Positions 48,453-57,641 of a stretch of 64,000 bases of DNA are shown here, in pieces (position 1 is the first letter of the stretch; each line of letters starts with the position of its first letter). A program made the translations under genes and the position numbers. A model generated the notes under the pieces. That model was not told the DNA's origin. It did not search any database and saw nothing but the letters and a program-made list of their open reading frames with translations. The DNA comes from Candidatus Bathyarchaeia archaeon (GTDB taxonomy: Archaea > Thermoproteota > Bathyarchaeia > 40CM-2-53-6). The DNA is taken from positions 448,001 to 512,000 of the forward strand of contig JBEKVV010000003.1 in NCBI GenBank assembly GCA_049513715.1. Direction: 5' to 3'.

Positions 48453-48928
48453 GATGGGCCCCATTTGGGATTGGTTGTTTTGGCGTAATCTCGTTCAAGT
48501 GCAGCCACGTATTTGTCCCATATCTGGCTAATGTGCTTGGTAAAGATAGCTTTCTCGGGGACTTTGCGGATTTTCCATTTCTCGGTGAACACCATATCGA
48601 GCCTCGTCTTTCGAGGCCCTAACCGAACCAGCGCGTAGTCCGCGATTTCATCGTCGTCCTGACCAAAGTAATCCAAATGCCAAGAGTATGGCGCGCTCAG
48701 CGTTACAAGGTTAAACCCGATCTTGATTTGTTTCTCGTCCGGATACTCAATCACGTAAACGGCCCTGTGTTTCGTTTTCTCTAGGATTGTTCGTTTCGTC
48801 TTGGACCCTGTGAGCTTATTGTCATCCTCTCTGTAGTCGGTGCACCAACCGAACACGAATCGAAGTGGCGCGTTGATGATTTTGGTGACGTGATATGTGC
48901 ATGTTGTGATGCGGATGCGTTGGCGCAT
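48449..48928 (-). CDS. Hypothetical protein, possibly SRPBCC/START-like fold
   Basis: IINAPLRFVFGWCTDY N-terminus and a C-terminal helix pattern. Confidence 0.55.
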   Translation of the reverse strand: MRQRIRITTCTYHVTKIINAPLRFVFGWCTDYREDDNKLTGSKTKRTILEKTKHRAVYVIEYPDEKQIKIGFNLVTLSAPYSWHLDYFGQDDDEIADYALVRLGPRKTRLDMVFTEKWKIRKVPEKAIFTKHISQIWDKYVAALERDYAKTTNPKWGPS

Positions 48929-49034
48929 ATGGGCTGACTACCTTCAAATTACTGAAGCTCAGTTGGTTAGAAAAGCTCTTTCAAGCACCGAATCTTCTTG
49001 GTGATGAACAGTAAGTTCCCGGAGGTCGAGGCCG

Positions 49035-49592
49035 TTGCTTAAAAGGTGTTTGTGGGCCATGAATGCCCCCCTCCTCCTAGAATACCATGACAAGGAATGG
49101 GGAGTCCAAGTCCACAATGACCGAAAGCATTTCGAGTTCCTAATCCTCGAGGGCGCTCAGGCGGGCTTGAATTGGTTGACCATTCTGAAAAAACGCCACA
49201 ACTACCGCAGTGCCTTCAACTCATTCAACCCAGCCAAGGTAGCTGAATATTCCCGAGCCGACATCAAACGCCTTCTCTCAAATCCTGGAATTGTTCGCAA
49301 CCGATTGAAAATTGCAGGTGCAATAGTTAATGCCCGAAACTTCCTTGAAGTTCAAAGAGAATTCGGCTCTTTCGACAATTACATCTGGCGATTCACTGAT
49401 GGTAGGATAGAGAATCGGTTCAGATCTCTTTCGGATGTGCCGGCTAAGACTCGGGAATCAGATACGATGAGCAAGGACCTCAAAAAGCGCGGGTTCAAGT
49501 TTGTTGGGTCAACTATCTGTTACGCGTACATGCAGGCTGTGGGAATCGTAAACGACCATACGGTCGACTGTTTCAGGCACGACCAAGTATGA
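49035..49592 (+). CDS. tag: DNA-3-methyladenine glycosylase I
   Basis: RC.W, YHDKEWG, LEGAQAGL.W, IVRNRLKI, MQAVG.VNDH..DC. Confidence 0.94.
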   Translation: MLKRCLWAMNAPLLLEYHDKEWGVQVHNDRKHFEFLILEGAQAGLNWLTILKKRHNYRSAFNSFNPAKVAEYSRADIKRLLSNPGIVRNRLKIAGAIVNARNFLEVQREFGSFDNYIWRFTDGRIENRFRSLSDVPAKTRESDTMSKDLKKRGFKFVGSTICYAYMQAVGIVNDHTVDCFRHDQV

Positions 49593-49675
49593 TTTTGCAA
49601 TGGCAAATTGTTTTTAAGATTGACCTAAACTTCAAATGCATCTACCTACCCTTCCTTAATGGTTTGATTCGTTTG

Positions 49676-49912
49676 ATGTTCACGAATACGCGAGAGGTGT
49701 GCGTGCTCAGTATACTTAGGTTGGAGAATCCGGTATCGACTAGGCGAATCACAGAGCTCGCTTCGACCGCTGAGTTTCAGGAGATCTGCCGTGACTGTAG
49801 GAGTGGAACTGAAGTGTATGAGACAACCATGCGCATGCACCGTGTAGGCTTGCTCAACCGAGAGCCGAGCTCCGGTGGTTTCCTATGGAGCCTCGCTAAC
49901 TCACAGACTTGA
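49676..49912 (+). CDS. Small putative winged-helix protein with CxxC
   Basis: 78 aa with a helix-helix-CRDC-helix-GLL...GGFLWSL wing-like ending. Confidence 0.55.
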   Translation: MFTNTREVCVLSILRLENPVSTRRITELASTAEFQEICRDCRSGTEVYETTMRMHRVGLLNREPSSGGFLWSLANSQT

Positions 49913-50003
49913 AGTGCTCTCCACTTTTCAGATAAGGAATATTCCAGTTATGGTCTTCGAAACGAGAGGTTTTCAGAACTAAAAATCAGTAACAACCCCC
50001 TAT

Positions 50004-50132
50004 ATGGGCATTGGATACGTCCAACGCATGCTTGACCCATTCACTAACCTCTGGACTTGCTTCGGCAACGTCTGTACCAGTTCTGGCCTGCAGCAGAACT
50101 GCAAGTTCCTGAAGGAGCGAAAGGGCTGCTAA
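50004..50132 (+). CDS. Putative 42-aa Cys-containing microprotein (not in ORF track)
   Basis: MGIGYVQRMLDPFTNLWTCFGNVCTSSGLQQNCKFLKERKGC*; four Cys; no clear SD. Confidence 0.35.
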   Translation: MGIGYVQRMLDPFTNLWTCFGNVCTSSGLQQNCKFLKERKGC

Positions 50133-50158
50133 TCCCGATCAGATGAACCTAGGTGAAA

Positions 50159-50281
50159 GTGTTGGCAACTATGATTATTCAGGCGCCGAGAATTGAAATC
50201 ACGGATGCTTGCGAAGAAGGCCGCCATTTGAGTTGTGATGGATCCTGCACGTGCCATTGCCACGCATGGTGGAATCCCTGA
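50159..50281 (+). CDS. Cys/His-rich microprotein of about 40 aa (not in ORF track)
   Basis: AGGTGA SD at 50151, then MLATMIIQAPRIEITDACEEGRHLSCDGSCTCHCHAWWNP*. Confidence 0.7.
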   Translation: MLATMIIQAPRIEITDACEEGRHLSCDGSCTCHCHAWWNP

Positions 50282-50315
50282 AAGCAAAACCTCTAGAATT
50301 GTTGCAGCTGTAAAA

Positions 50316-50957
50316 TCACGAGAGGTTCTTGGTGTCTTCCTGAAGTGTAATTTTGTGTACGAAGTTTTCTAGAATGATTTTGCCGGCTTGGTTTTCTTCA
50401 TTCCATCGCTCGGGATGGAATTGAATGCCATACAAAGGGCGGTCGTTGTGTTTCATACCCTCGTTATCGGTGTCTGATGATGTTGCAGTTCGAACGAAAC
50501 CTGGGGGGAGTACCTTCACTTCTTCTTTGTGACTTTGCATCACTCTGATCTTAGCGGGCAACCCGGCGAGTAACGTGTCTTTATCCTCCAAGCTCACTGT
50601 TCGAAAGCCCTGGACGAGGCCCGACCTGACCTTTGCCACATTACCTCCGTATGCCAACGCGAGCGCTTGGTGGCCGCCGCAGATTCCGAGAGTGGGGATT
50701 GTGATCTTCGGTAGGAATTGGATTAGGTCTACGAAACGAGCTCGGTCAGCGGTTCTTGTCCATAGCGCCTCTGTTCCGCTCAATATGATGCCGCTGTAAG
50801 TTTGGTTGACTGCCTCCGGGTTCTTCTTCTTGGTTAGAGATTCGAAATCAGACTCCGCCGCTTCTACTCCTACCTCTTTGATCCTAGCGACCAGTCTGTC
50901 GAAGTTGCGCTTATACTTCGACTGTAAGTAGAGGTTAACGACGAGTAGTTGCTTCAA
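50316..50957 (-). CDS. Stand-alone class I glutamine amidotransferase (GMP synthase subunit A-like)
   Basis: IILSG, GICGGHQ, SH.E.V and GIQFHPE catalytic triad. Confidence 0.85.
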   Translation of the reverse strand: MKQLLVVNLYLQSKYKRNFDRLVARIKEVGVEAAESDFESLTKKKNPEAVNQTYSGIILSGTEALWTRTADRARFVDLIQFLPKITIPTLGICGGHQALALAYGGNVAKVRSGLVQGFRTVSLEDKDTLLAGLPAKIRVMQSHKEEVKVLPPGFVRTATSSDTDNEGMKHNDRPLYGIQFHPERWNEENQAGKIILENFVHKITLQEDTKNLS

Positions 50958-52482
50958 CCTTCACTACCTCATGGCCCAGCGTGGGGTCGGCCCATGCGAA
51001 TTTGGTCACCAGTGTCTTCGGATAGTATGCTTTCCAGTCGTAGTCTACCTTTTGACAGAATTTGACGATGACCCTGGGGTCGATGTAATTCTTCAGCGAG
51101 GTTCCTAGGTTCCATTTCTTGCTCAGCTTCATCTGCTCCAGACGCAGTTTTAGTGACTGCTTTCGTTTCTCAACCGACTTTCCCTCTTTCCCTCTCAGCG
51201 ACCGAAGCATTTCAAGCCGTTTCTTGTAGGTTTCCTCCCAATTCTTCGGAATAGCCTTTTGGTGGTTGAGTAACTGCGCCACCGCCGCATTAGCCTCCAT
51301 CAACGCCATTTTTTTCTCAACATCAGGGTTCTCCGTGGTGACTTTCGAGGCCTCCAGTTGCTGTACGAAGAGCCGCGTGGCAGAGAAGGTACGAAACACT
51401 TTGGGGCTAAGGCCAGGCATGGCCTCTGATAGAAAAGCCCGCACAGCATCTGTAGTTATGCCACTGAACAAGCGATCGCTTTCTGAAGCAAATTCCTTCA
51501 GATTCCGGAAAACCTCTGGGCTAACTTCCAGTTCTCTCTCGAACAGAATCGAGTCCTTTCCGAGAAAGTGCAACTTCACCTTGGGCTGGCTCTGGGGAAG
51601 GCGTATGTGGATCCTGCGTAGGCTGGTTGCACCAACCGTTCCACTCTCAGTCTCCTTCTCATCGCCAACACGAATATTGAAGATGTCAATCAGGTAGGCG
51701 ACCGTTGCCGCCTTCCTCCGCCTCAAATCCTCGGCTGTGAGGCCCTCTGCTATGTGGGCCCGAACCTTGTCAAGTCTTAATTCGACCTGCTTGGCGAGGT
51801 CGAATTTCTCTTGAACTCGTCCTTGTTTCATCGGGGTGGCGTCGTGGAACCAAATGTACTTGACTTTTCTGTTCAGCTTGTCCGTCCAACGCGCAATCCA
51901 AAGCTCGCTGGGCCTCCACTCTCTGGTTGCCCATTCACCGGGCGGTTTGGCGTCGGGGCTCAAATTGAGAGTAACGTCTTTCGTGGTTATGGCAGGTTTC
52001 CATCTTCCCCGATCCGGGTGGGCTCCCCGCCCCATGAATATCCCCGGAGGCTCGACGGCGTAGCTTGCGATCTCCATTTTGACGCCATTAACCGTAGCCC
52101 AACCATATTTCGCTTTTCGCTCCTCACGAATCTTCTTCCTGACTGCCGCCAGCTCTTTTTTCTCCTCTTTCGGCATGTTCGTTTTGCGTGCCCTCTCGGA
52201 TTTGACCCATTGAACGATTGAGGACCAGTCGAAATCCTCCACAGTGATCTTTTCTTTCAAGCCGAGAGCTTTGGCGAAGTCTTCCATGAAATTGGAGCGA
52301 AACGTCTTATCTTCAAAGTAAGGGGTTCCGAATTTCTGCACGAACCTTACTGCCATCTCTTCTTGAAGCGGGTTCAACCTGAGGCCCTGCCCACGGAATT
52401 TGATGGTGAACCCTCGTGGCGCGTATGCGTCGGGTATCAAGACACCATTATGGACTAGTTGTTTGAGTTCAGTTAAGGCCAA
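50935..52482 (-). CDS. DNA topoisomerase IB (eukaryote-like)
   Basis: LVHNGV, VEPPGIFMGRGAHP.RG, RVGDEK, TVGA.SLR, FLGKDS, KVFRT, LNHQK and GTSLKNYIDPR with the catalytic Tyr. Confidence 0.95.
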   Translation of the reverse strand: MALTELKQLVHNGVLIPDAYAPRGFTIKFRGQGLRLNPLQEEMAVRFVQKFGTPYFEDKTFRSNFMEDFAKALGLKEKITVEDFDWSSIVQWVKSERARKTNMPKEEKKELAAVRKKIREERKAKYGWATVNGVKMEIASYAVEPPGIFMGRGAHPDRGRWKPAITTKDVTLNLSPDAKPPGEWATREWRPSELWIARWTDKLNRKVKYIWFHDATPMKQGRVQEKFDLAKQVELRLDKVRAHIAEGLTAEDLRRRKAATVAYLIDIFNIRVGDEKETESGTVGATSLRRIHIRLPQSQPKVKLHFLGKDSILFERELEVSPEVFRNLKEFASESDRLFSGITTDAVRAFLSEAMPGLSPKVFRTFSATRLFVQQLEASKVTTENPDVEKKMALMEANAAVAQLLNHQKAIPKNWEETYKKRLEMLRSLRGKEGKSVEKRKQSLKLRLEQMKLSKKWNLGTSLKNYIDPRVIVKFCQKVDYDWKAYYPKTLVTKFAWADPTLGHEVVKVEATTRR

Positions 52483-52661
52483 ATTTCTCCCCTCCTACTC
52501 TCACTGATAGCAGATCCTCGGATTTCATGGTGTGAAAATCTTGTATTCTCAGATGAGTATTCTGCTTCAGCCCCATCACTTGTTCTTAGAAACTCCCCGG
52601 ATTCGTGAATCGATAGCTCGGATGTATTAGAAAATGTTTGCCCCTGACCTATCCGTTCAAC

Positions 52662-52706
52662 TGCTTGGAGCAGAACAACCTGCTTGGGAACGCAGCTAAT
52701 GCTTGG
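52662..52706. repeat. Three TGCTTGG heptamers at exact 19-nt spacing
   Basis: Copies start at 52662, 52681 and 52700. Confidence 0.6.
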
Positions 52707-52828
52707 CATTCGGACTTCAAGTCTGCATCATGCTCGGGTTTGAGATTCACAGCTCCAGTTACAAACTTACCGGACAGATTCAAGCCCATCCAAAGTCTTA
52801 TTGTCCAGAAGGAGTGTCATTTGGTTTC

Positions 52829-52960
52829 ATGAAGAAACGTACCAAACGCAAGCCCAAGCGACGAACCAAAGTGAAGCGCAGGGTTCGTAGAGGAGCCAAA
52901 AGTACACGCCGCAGAGTCAGAAAAGGCATTTCTAGAATCAGAAGAAAGCTATCGCGATAG
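52829..52960 (+). CDS. 43-aa protamine-like Arg/Lys-rich protein
   Basis: MKKRTKRKPKRRTKVKRRVRRGAKSTRRRVRKGISRIRRKLSR; 26/43 residues K or R, no acidic residues; GGAGTG upstream; T-rich tract downstream. Confidence 0.7.
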   Translation: MKKRTKRKPKRRTKVKRRVRRGAKSTRRRVRKGISRIRRKLSR

Positions 52961-53147
52961 GTCAAGCTTCCTGGGCAATTGCAATCGTGCAAGCGTAGGC
53001 AATCGCAGTAGCGTAGGCTCGCTTCACTTTTTCTTTCTATTATTGTTAGGGGTGGGGGGCTGTAGGGTAGTTTTGTATCCCATTATCGTATTTCGGGCCG
53101 ATCGTTAGACTCAGTGCTTCCGAGCCGTAACTCTGCGCTTCAATTGC

Positions 53148-53729
53148 CTACATATCACTACGCACGTTTTTCTTCGCAAGCAACATGTTGACAATCCTGA
53201 AGGTCAAACCCCAAATTACGCGCCCTTCGTAAATGTAAGAATCAACCGTCAAAACTCCGCCCTCTACTTTGACATTACTCTTGCTTATGCTGAGTTGGTC
53301 TAGTAGACCTAGGGGAACCCAGAAACTCTCAGTCACCTCATCGTTCAATTCAACGGTAACACTGGAATTCAATTGGAAAACAAACGAAGCTACAAGGATG
53401 CGGCGAGTGTGGGCACGCATGAGCGGCAACACACCTAACATTTGATGGTTGGATAGATTGATTCCTACCTCCTCTTGCGCCTCCCTAATCGCAGTCTCCA
53501 GAAACGAGCTGTCAATGGCGGACTTGTGGCCGCCTGGGAAGGCTGTTTGGCCGGACCAAGGATCACCCAGCCGTTCCCTCCTCTCTATGAAAAGCGCACT
53601 TCCGCCCCGGTCTTTCGGGTCAATTATTATTGCGACCGCAGCTTCTGGTGGGCCCTCTTGAGATTCGAGAAGAGAAGCCTCTGGCAGTAACCGCCGCTGA
53701 AGCACATCGATATGGAAAGAACGGGTCAC
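53148..53729 (-). CDS. NUDIX CoA pyrophosphatase
   Basis: AAV, SGQTAFPGG, TAIREAQEEVG, IWGLT. Confidence 0.9.
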   Translation of the reverse strand: MTRSFHIDVLQRRLLPEASLLESQEGPPEAAVAIIIDPKDRGGSALFIERRERLGDPWSGQTAFPGGHKSAIDSSFLETAIREAQEEVGINLSNHQMLGVLPLMRAHTRRILVASFVFQLNSSVTVELNDEVTESFWVPLGLLDQLSISKSNVKVEGGVLTVDSYIYEGRVIWGLTFRIVNMLLAKKNVRSDM

Positions 53730-53772
53730 TGAAGGGCACTAGCTGCCGGTTGGTCCACAAGAAAAGTGTGTT

Positions 53773-54534
53773 TCAGGTTCTACGCACTTCCTGCTTCCCT
53801 TTGATCGGCTTTACTCCGATGTAGAGTCCTCTTCCAATCAAGCCTTTGCGGTCGTAGGTAACTTTCAAACCGGCCTTTCGAAACGCGGCTAAGTATTCGG
53901 CGTGCGTGAAGAGCCCGAATTCGTTCAACTCTGTCATGTACTTGACCCCATCCGGTGTGCCCACCAAATAATGGAGCTTGAATACTGAAAGCCTTCCTTT
54001 CGTTACAAGAATATTCATTCGGGCGATCTTGAGTTTCGGTTGATTTACGAATACGGCCCCGACATGACCGGGGATTATTTTGTCAGGAGTCAACCATGGC
54101 TCAACGATTATGACGCCGCCGGGTTTCAAGTGACGTGCCATGTTTCTGATGGCTAGATTTAGTTCGCGAATAGTTCGCATGTATCCAATAGCACTAAAGA
54201 GGCATGTGATTGCGTCGAATTGTCTGTGCAGGTCGAAGGTTAACATGTTTCCGCGGTGAAACTTAACTCTGGGGTTTCGCTTACGCGCGATGGTTAGTAG
54301 TCTGGGTTGTATGTCCAGGCCTTCGCATGAATAGAATTTCCGCATGCATTGAATGTGGCGGCCTGTTCCGCAGGCAACATCCAGCAAATCCTTGCCCTTG
54401 GACTGCTTGCAGTTCTGAATGAGTGCGCGCAGTCGTTTGGTTTCTTTTCGGTAGTCTTTGCCCACTGTATCGTATATCAAGTCGTAGTAGTTCGCGGATT
54501 TCTTGAAAGGCCTTAAACGCTCATCCATAATCAA
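53773..54534 (-). CDS. Class I SAM-dependent methyltransferase
   Basis: LLDVACGTGRH, FDAITCLFSAIGY, HLKPGG..IVEPW. Confidence 0.9.
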   Translation of the reverse strand: MIMDERLRPFKKSANYYDLIYDTVGKDYRKETKRLRALIQNCKQSKGKDLLDVACGTGRHIQCMRKFYSCEGLDIQPRLLTIARKRNPRVKFHRGNMLTFDLHRQFDAITCLFSAIGYMRTIRELNLAIRNMARHLKPGGVIIVEPWLTPDKIIPGHVGAVFVNQPKLKIARMNILVTKGRLSVFKLHYLVGTPDGVKYMTELNEFGLFTHAEYLAAFRKAGLKVTYDRKGLIGRGLYIGVKPIKGKQEVRRT

Positions 54535-54547
54535 ACCACCCCCTGTC

Positions 54548-55129
54548 TTACCGGTACCTCAGTGGAAAGAATTTCGGAACATGTTCCTTGTACTTGCGGT
54601 ACTCATCCCCAAATCGTTCTTGTAGCTCCCCCTCTTCAAGTGGCGTAATCAGAAAGTAGGATGTAAGAAAATCAGCTAGTGCCAGGACGCCGGCGCCAAC
54701 GTACCCTGTGAGAAGGAATATTCCTGCGAAGAAGAGTGTGTGGGCTAGGTATGTGGGATGCCTCACAATTGAAAAGGGGCCCTGTGTGACCAGCCTCTTG
54801 TGTGTTGCTTGGGGAACCAGTTCCGCGTAGCCGACTAGGACTCTCCAACCGAGAAGTCGCGTGGCCCAAGCTTGAAGGCCAACTCCGATGAGCGCAATTA
54901 TCAACCCTGCCCATCTCAGTGCGCCAAGGTCAAGCCTCGTGCCAAGTACACTATTCCTGAAGGCGAAAACCAGAAACGCGACAGCAAACCACTCGAGCAG
55001 AATTGGAACGTAAGTGAAGCCTCCACGTTTCCTCCAGAAGCCAGGGCGGCTGTGAATCTGCAGCCAGCATATTGGAATGAGTGGCCACCCAGCGATTGCT
55101 ACGAGAACCAGAAACCTTGACCACATCAT
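54548..55129 (-). CDS. Isoprenylcysteine carboxylmethyltransferase (ICMT/PEMT) family membrane protein
   Basis: LVTQGPFSIVRHPTY and EE.EL.ERFG.EY..Y...VP.F. Confidence 0.88.
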   Translation of the reverse strand: MMWSRFLVLVAIAGWPLIPICWLQIHSRPGFWRKRGGFTYVPILLEWFAVAFLVFAFRNSVLGTRLDLGALRWAGLIIALIGVGLQAWATRLLGWRVLVGYAELVPQATHKRLVTQGPFSIVRHPTYLAHTLFFAGIFLLTGYVGAGVLALADFLTSYFLITPLEEGELQERFGDEYRKYKEHVPKFFPLRYR

Positions 55130-55212
55130 CGAACAGCCACCAACCTATTGTTGATGGCAGCCAAGCTTTATCTTTCGGTCGGGTGCAAACGCCCCAATTT
55201 GGAGAGCCTTAG

Positions 55213-56436
55213 TTGTCAAGTGTCGATAGTGTTCTGCGTACGATTGAGAGTTCGCGAGACGAAATAACACGCTTCATGGTTGAGATGCTGAAGATAAAGG
55301 CCGTGAACGTTGATGGTGGAGGAAAAGGAGAGTACGATCGCGCACTTTTCGTCAAGAAGTGGCTAGACAATTTGGGAATGAAGGTTGCGAGGCATGATGT
55401 TCCTGATGACCGCGTCGCTCAAGGCGTCCGCGTTAACTTGACGACAGTCCTTGAAGGACAGGACCCATCACGAACTCTCTGGTTTGCTGCGCACTTGGAC
55501 ACCGTCCCGGAGGGCGCAAGAGAGCTTTGGGCCACTGACCCCTATGACCCAGTCGTCAAAGATGGCAAGATCCTTGGAAGAGGTTCGGAGGATAACGGCC
55601 AAGCGATCGGGTCCACACTCTTCACGTTGAAAGCTTTAAAGGCTCAAAAAGTTAAGCCGCGAATGAGCATTGGATTCGCCTACTTTTCAGATGAAGAATC
55701 GGGTAGCAAGTACGGCGTGATTCCAATGCTCGAAAAGAACATTTTCAAACCTACGGACATGGCCATCGTTCCAGACAGCGGATCGCCTAAAGGGGACCTC
55801 ATTGAGGTTGCGGAGAAGCACATAATGTGGTTGAAGTTCACCACGAAGGGGCTGCAGGTGCATGGCAGCACACCTGAGAAGGGATTGAACGCGAACCGAA
55901 TCGGCATGAAGCTGGCGTTGCAACTCGACGAAATGTTGCATAAGAATTACCCGGCCACTGACCCCCTCTTCGACCCTCCAGTCTCAACATTTGAACCCAC
56001 CAAACGCGAAGCGAACGTGGACAACGTGAACACTGTCCCAGGATTAGATGTTCAGTACTTCGACTGCCGTATCCTGACACGGTACCCGTTGAAAGAAGTC
56101 TTGAATGAAATTGAAACGGTGACGTCAAAACTGGAAAAGGAAACGGGTGCGCAGATTAAGGTTGAACCGATTCAATATGAAGAGAACACTGCGCCCACAC
56201 CAACCGACAGCGAGGTTGTTGTGAAACTTAAGGGTGCACTGAAGAAGTTGCGAGGAATCGATGCGAAGGCCATCGGAATAGGTGGCGGAACAGTTGGACT
56301 GTACTTTAGGCGGAAGGGAATTCACACCGCTGTTTGGGGGACCCTCGACGACATGGCGCACCAGCCCAACGAATACTGCAAGATCGACAATATGATCAAC
56401 GACGCGAAAGTATTTGCTTATGTCACCATGAACTGA
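55213..56436 (+). CDS. M20 family metallohydrolase (DapE/ArgE-like)
   Basis: AHLDTVP, GRGSEDNG, DEE.GS, AHQPNE. Confidence 0.92.
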   Translation: MSSVDSVLRTIESSRDEITRFMVEMLKIKAVNVDGGGKGEYDRALFVKKWLDNLGMKVARHDVPDDRVAQGVRVNLTTVLEGQDPSRTLWFAAHLDTVPEGARELWATDPYDPVVKDGKILGRGSEDNGQAIGSTLFTLKALKAQKVKPRMSIGFAYFSDEESGSKYGVIPMLEKNIFKPTDMAIVPDSGSPKGDLIEVAEKHIMWLKFTTKGLQVHGSTPEKGLNANRIGMKLALQLDEMLHKNYPATDPLFDPPVSTFEPTKREANVDNVNTVPGLDVQYFDCRILTRYPLKEVLNEIETVTSKLEKETGAQIKVEPIQYEENTAPTPTDSEVVVKLKGALKKLRGIDAKAIGIGGGTVGLYFRRKGIHTAVWGTLDDMAHQPNEYCKIDNMINDAKVFAYVTMN

Positions 56437-56447
56437 GGTAAAGAGAA

Positions 56448-56999
56448 TTGGATCGTGTATCGGAACGTTGGGCCCGCATAGGACCCAGAAACCCACGCAC
56501 TTTAGTGCATACGCCAAAAGCTGGAGTCTGCCTCTCAACTTTCGTTATCGCGAAACAACGAAACTCAATCCTACTGTTCCGCCCTCGCGCTCACGATGCT
56601 TGGGAAACTAAAGGCGCGTTCCCCAAGGGCTGGGCTGCTGAGTTGGCTAAGGAGGGGGCTTGGTTGCTTCCCGCTACTCACCTGCTCATGGGGGAATCGC
56701 CAGATCATGCGGCGCGCAGAATCGTTCGGGAATGGGCGGGCTTGAAGGGTACGCCGAGGTTTCTGATGGTTCAATCTCATACTCGACGCGGTGGATTCCT
56801 AAACAAGAAACTGAAAGGCAAACATTGGGACATTTGCTTCGTTTATGAACTTACTGCTGGGACCGGGCCGAAAGCGAAGCCGTGGTGGTCTGAGGCGCAC
56901 TACTTTCCGATCCCTAAGATCTCACGCATGCATTTGGGACGCGGCCATCTCGACATATTGAAAGAGGCCGGAATGATTCGAATTCGAAGACCTCGCTGA
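56448..56999 (+). CDS. NUDIX-fold protein with divergent box (paralogue of 33313..33831)
   Basis: GVCLSTF, WLLPATHLLMGESPDHAARRIVREW, HWDICF. Confidence 0.7.
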   Translation: MDRVSERWARIGPRNPRTLVHTPKAGVCLSTFVIAKQRNSILLFRPRAHDAWETKGAFPKGWAAELAKEGAWLLPATHLLMGESPDHAARRIVREWAGLKGTPRFLMVQSHTRRGGFLNKKLKGKHWDICFVYELTAGTGPKAKPWWSEAHYFPIPKISRMHLGRGHLDILKEAGMIRIRRPR

Positions 57000-57110
57000 A
57001 ACCTCCAGCAATCGCCAAGTCATCGCTTTGGGCGGCTGCAAACACGGTTTGCAGATATGCAAACCCATATCTACTTTGAACCATACCTAAGCCTAGAGAT
57101 GCTGATTCTA

Positions 57111-57473
57111 ATGCAGAAGATGGAAGTAAAGAACCTGAATTCTCCAGATGAGACCCGTAACTTCGAAAAGGGCAAACTCGACCTAGTAAAAATGAGCGGT
57201 GCTGTCGTTGGACGCGGAGTCTTCCAGCCGGGATGGCGCTGGTCAACTTCACTCAAACCTGTGGCGAAGACGAAAAGTTGCGAGGCCCCACACTTTCAGT
57301 ACCATGTTTCCGGCGTACTTCACGTAGTCATGGACGATGGCACAGAGAAGGACTGCAAGGCAGGAGACGTCTCGCTTCTCCCATCCGGCCACGACGCATG
57401 GGTCGTAGGCAATGAACCTGCAGTTGTAGTTGACTTTCAGGGCATGATAGACTACGCAAAACAGGCTAAGTGA
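57111..57473 (+). CDS. Cupin domain protein
   Basis: PGWRWS, SCEAPH, PSGHDAWVVG. Confidence 0.85.
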   Translation: MQKMEVKNLNSPDETRNFEKGKLDLVKMSGAVVGRGVFQPGWRWSTSLKPVAKTKSCEAPHFQYHVSGVLHVVMDDGTEKDCKAGDVSLLPSGHDAWVVGNEPAVVVDFQGMIDYAKQAK

Positions 57474-57641
57474 ATGACGGAAGCGATTTGATTAATACTA
57501 GAGACTCAACGAAGTCGGTAGAATATTCTATTCTGAAATGTCCAAGTTGAATTTGGGCTTTGTTTCGGATACCTATGAGGTCGATGTGATACCAAAGGAA
57601 TTCTTTGGTTGATCAGAAGTTTGATTGGAGGTGAGTTCGAA

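Noticed and set aside
52662..52706. Mini-CRISPR reading of the phased repeats
   Set aside because: 7-nt repeats and 12-nt spacers are far too short, and no cas genes are present.
52703..52828. N-terminal extension of the basic protein given in the ORF track
   Set aside because: Composition changes abruptly at ATG 52829, which has an SD-like sequence upstream.
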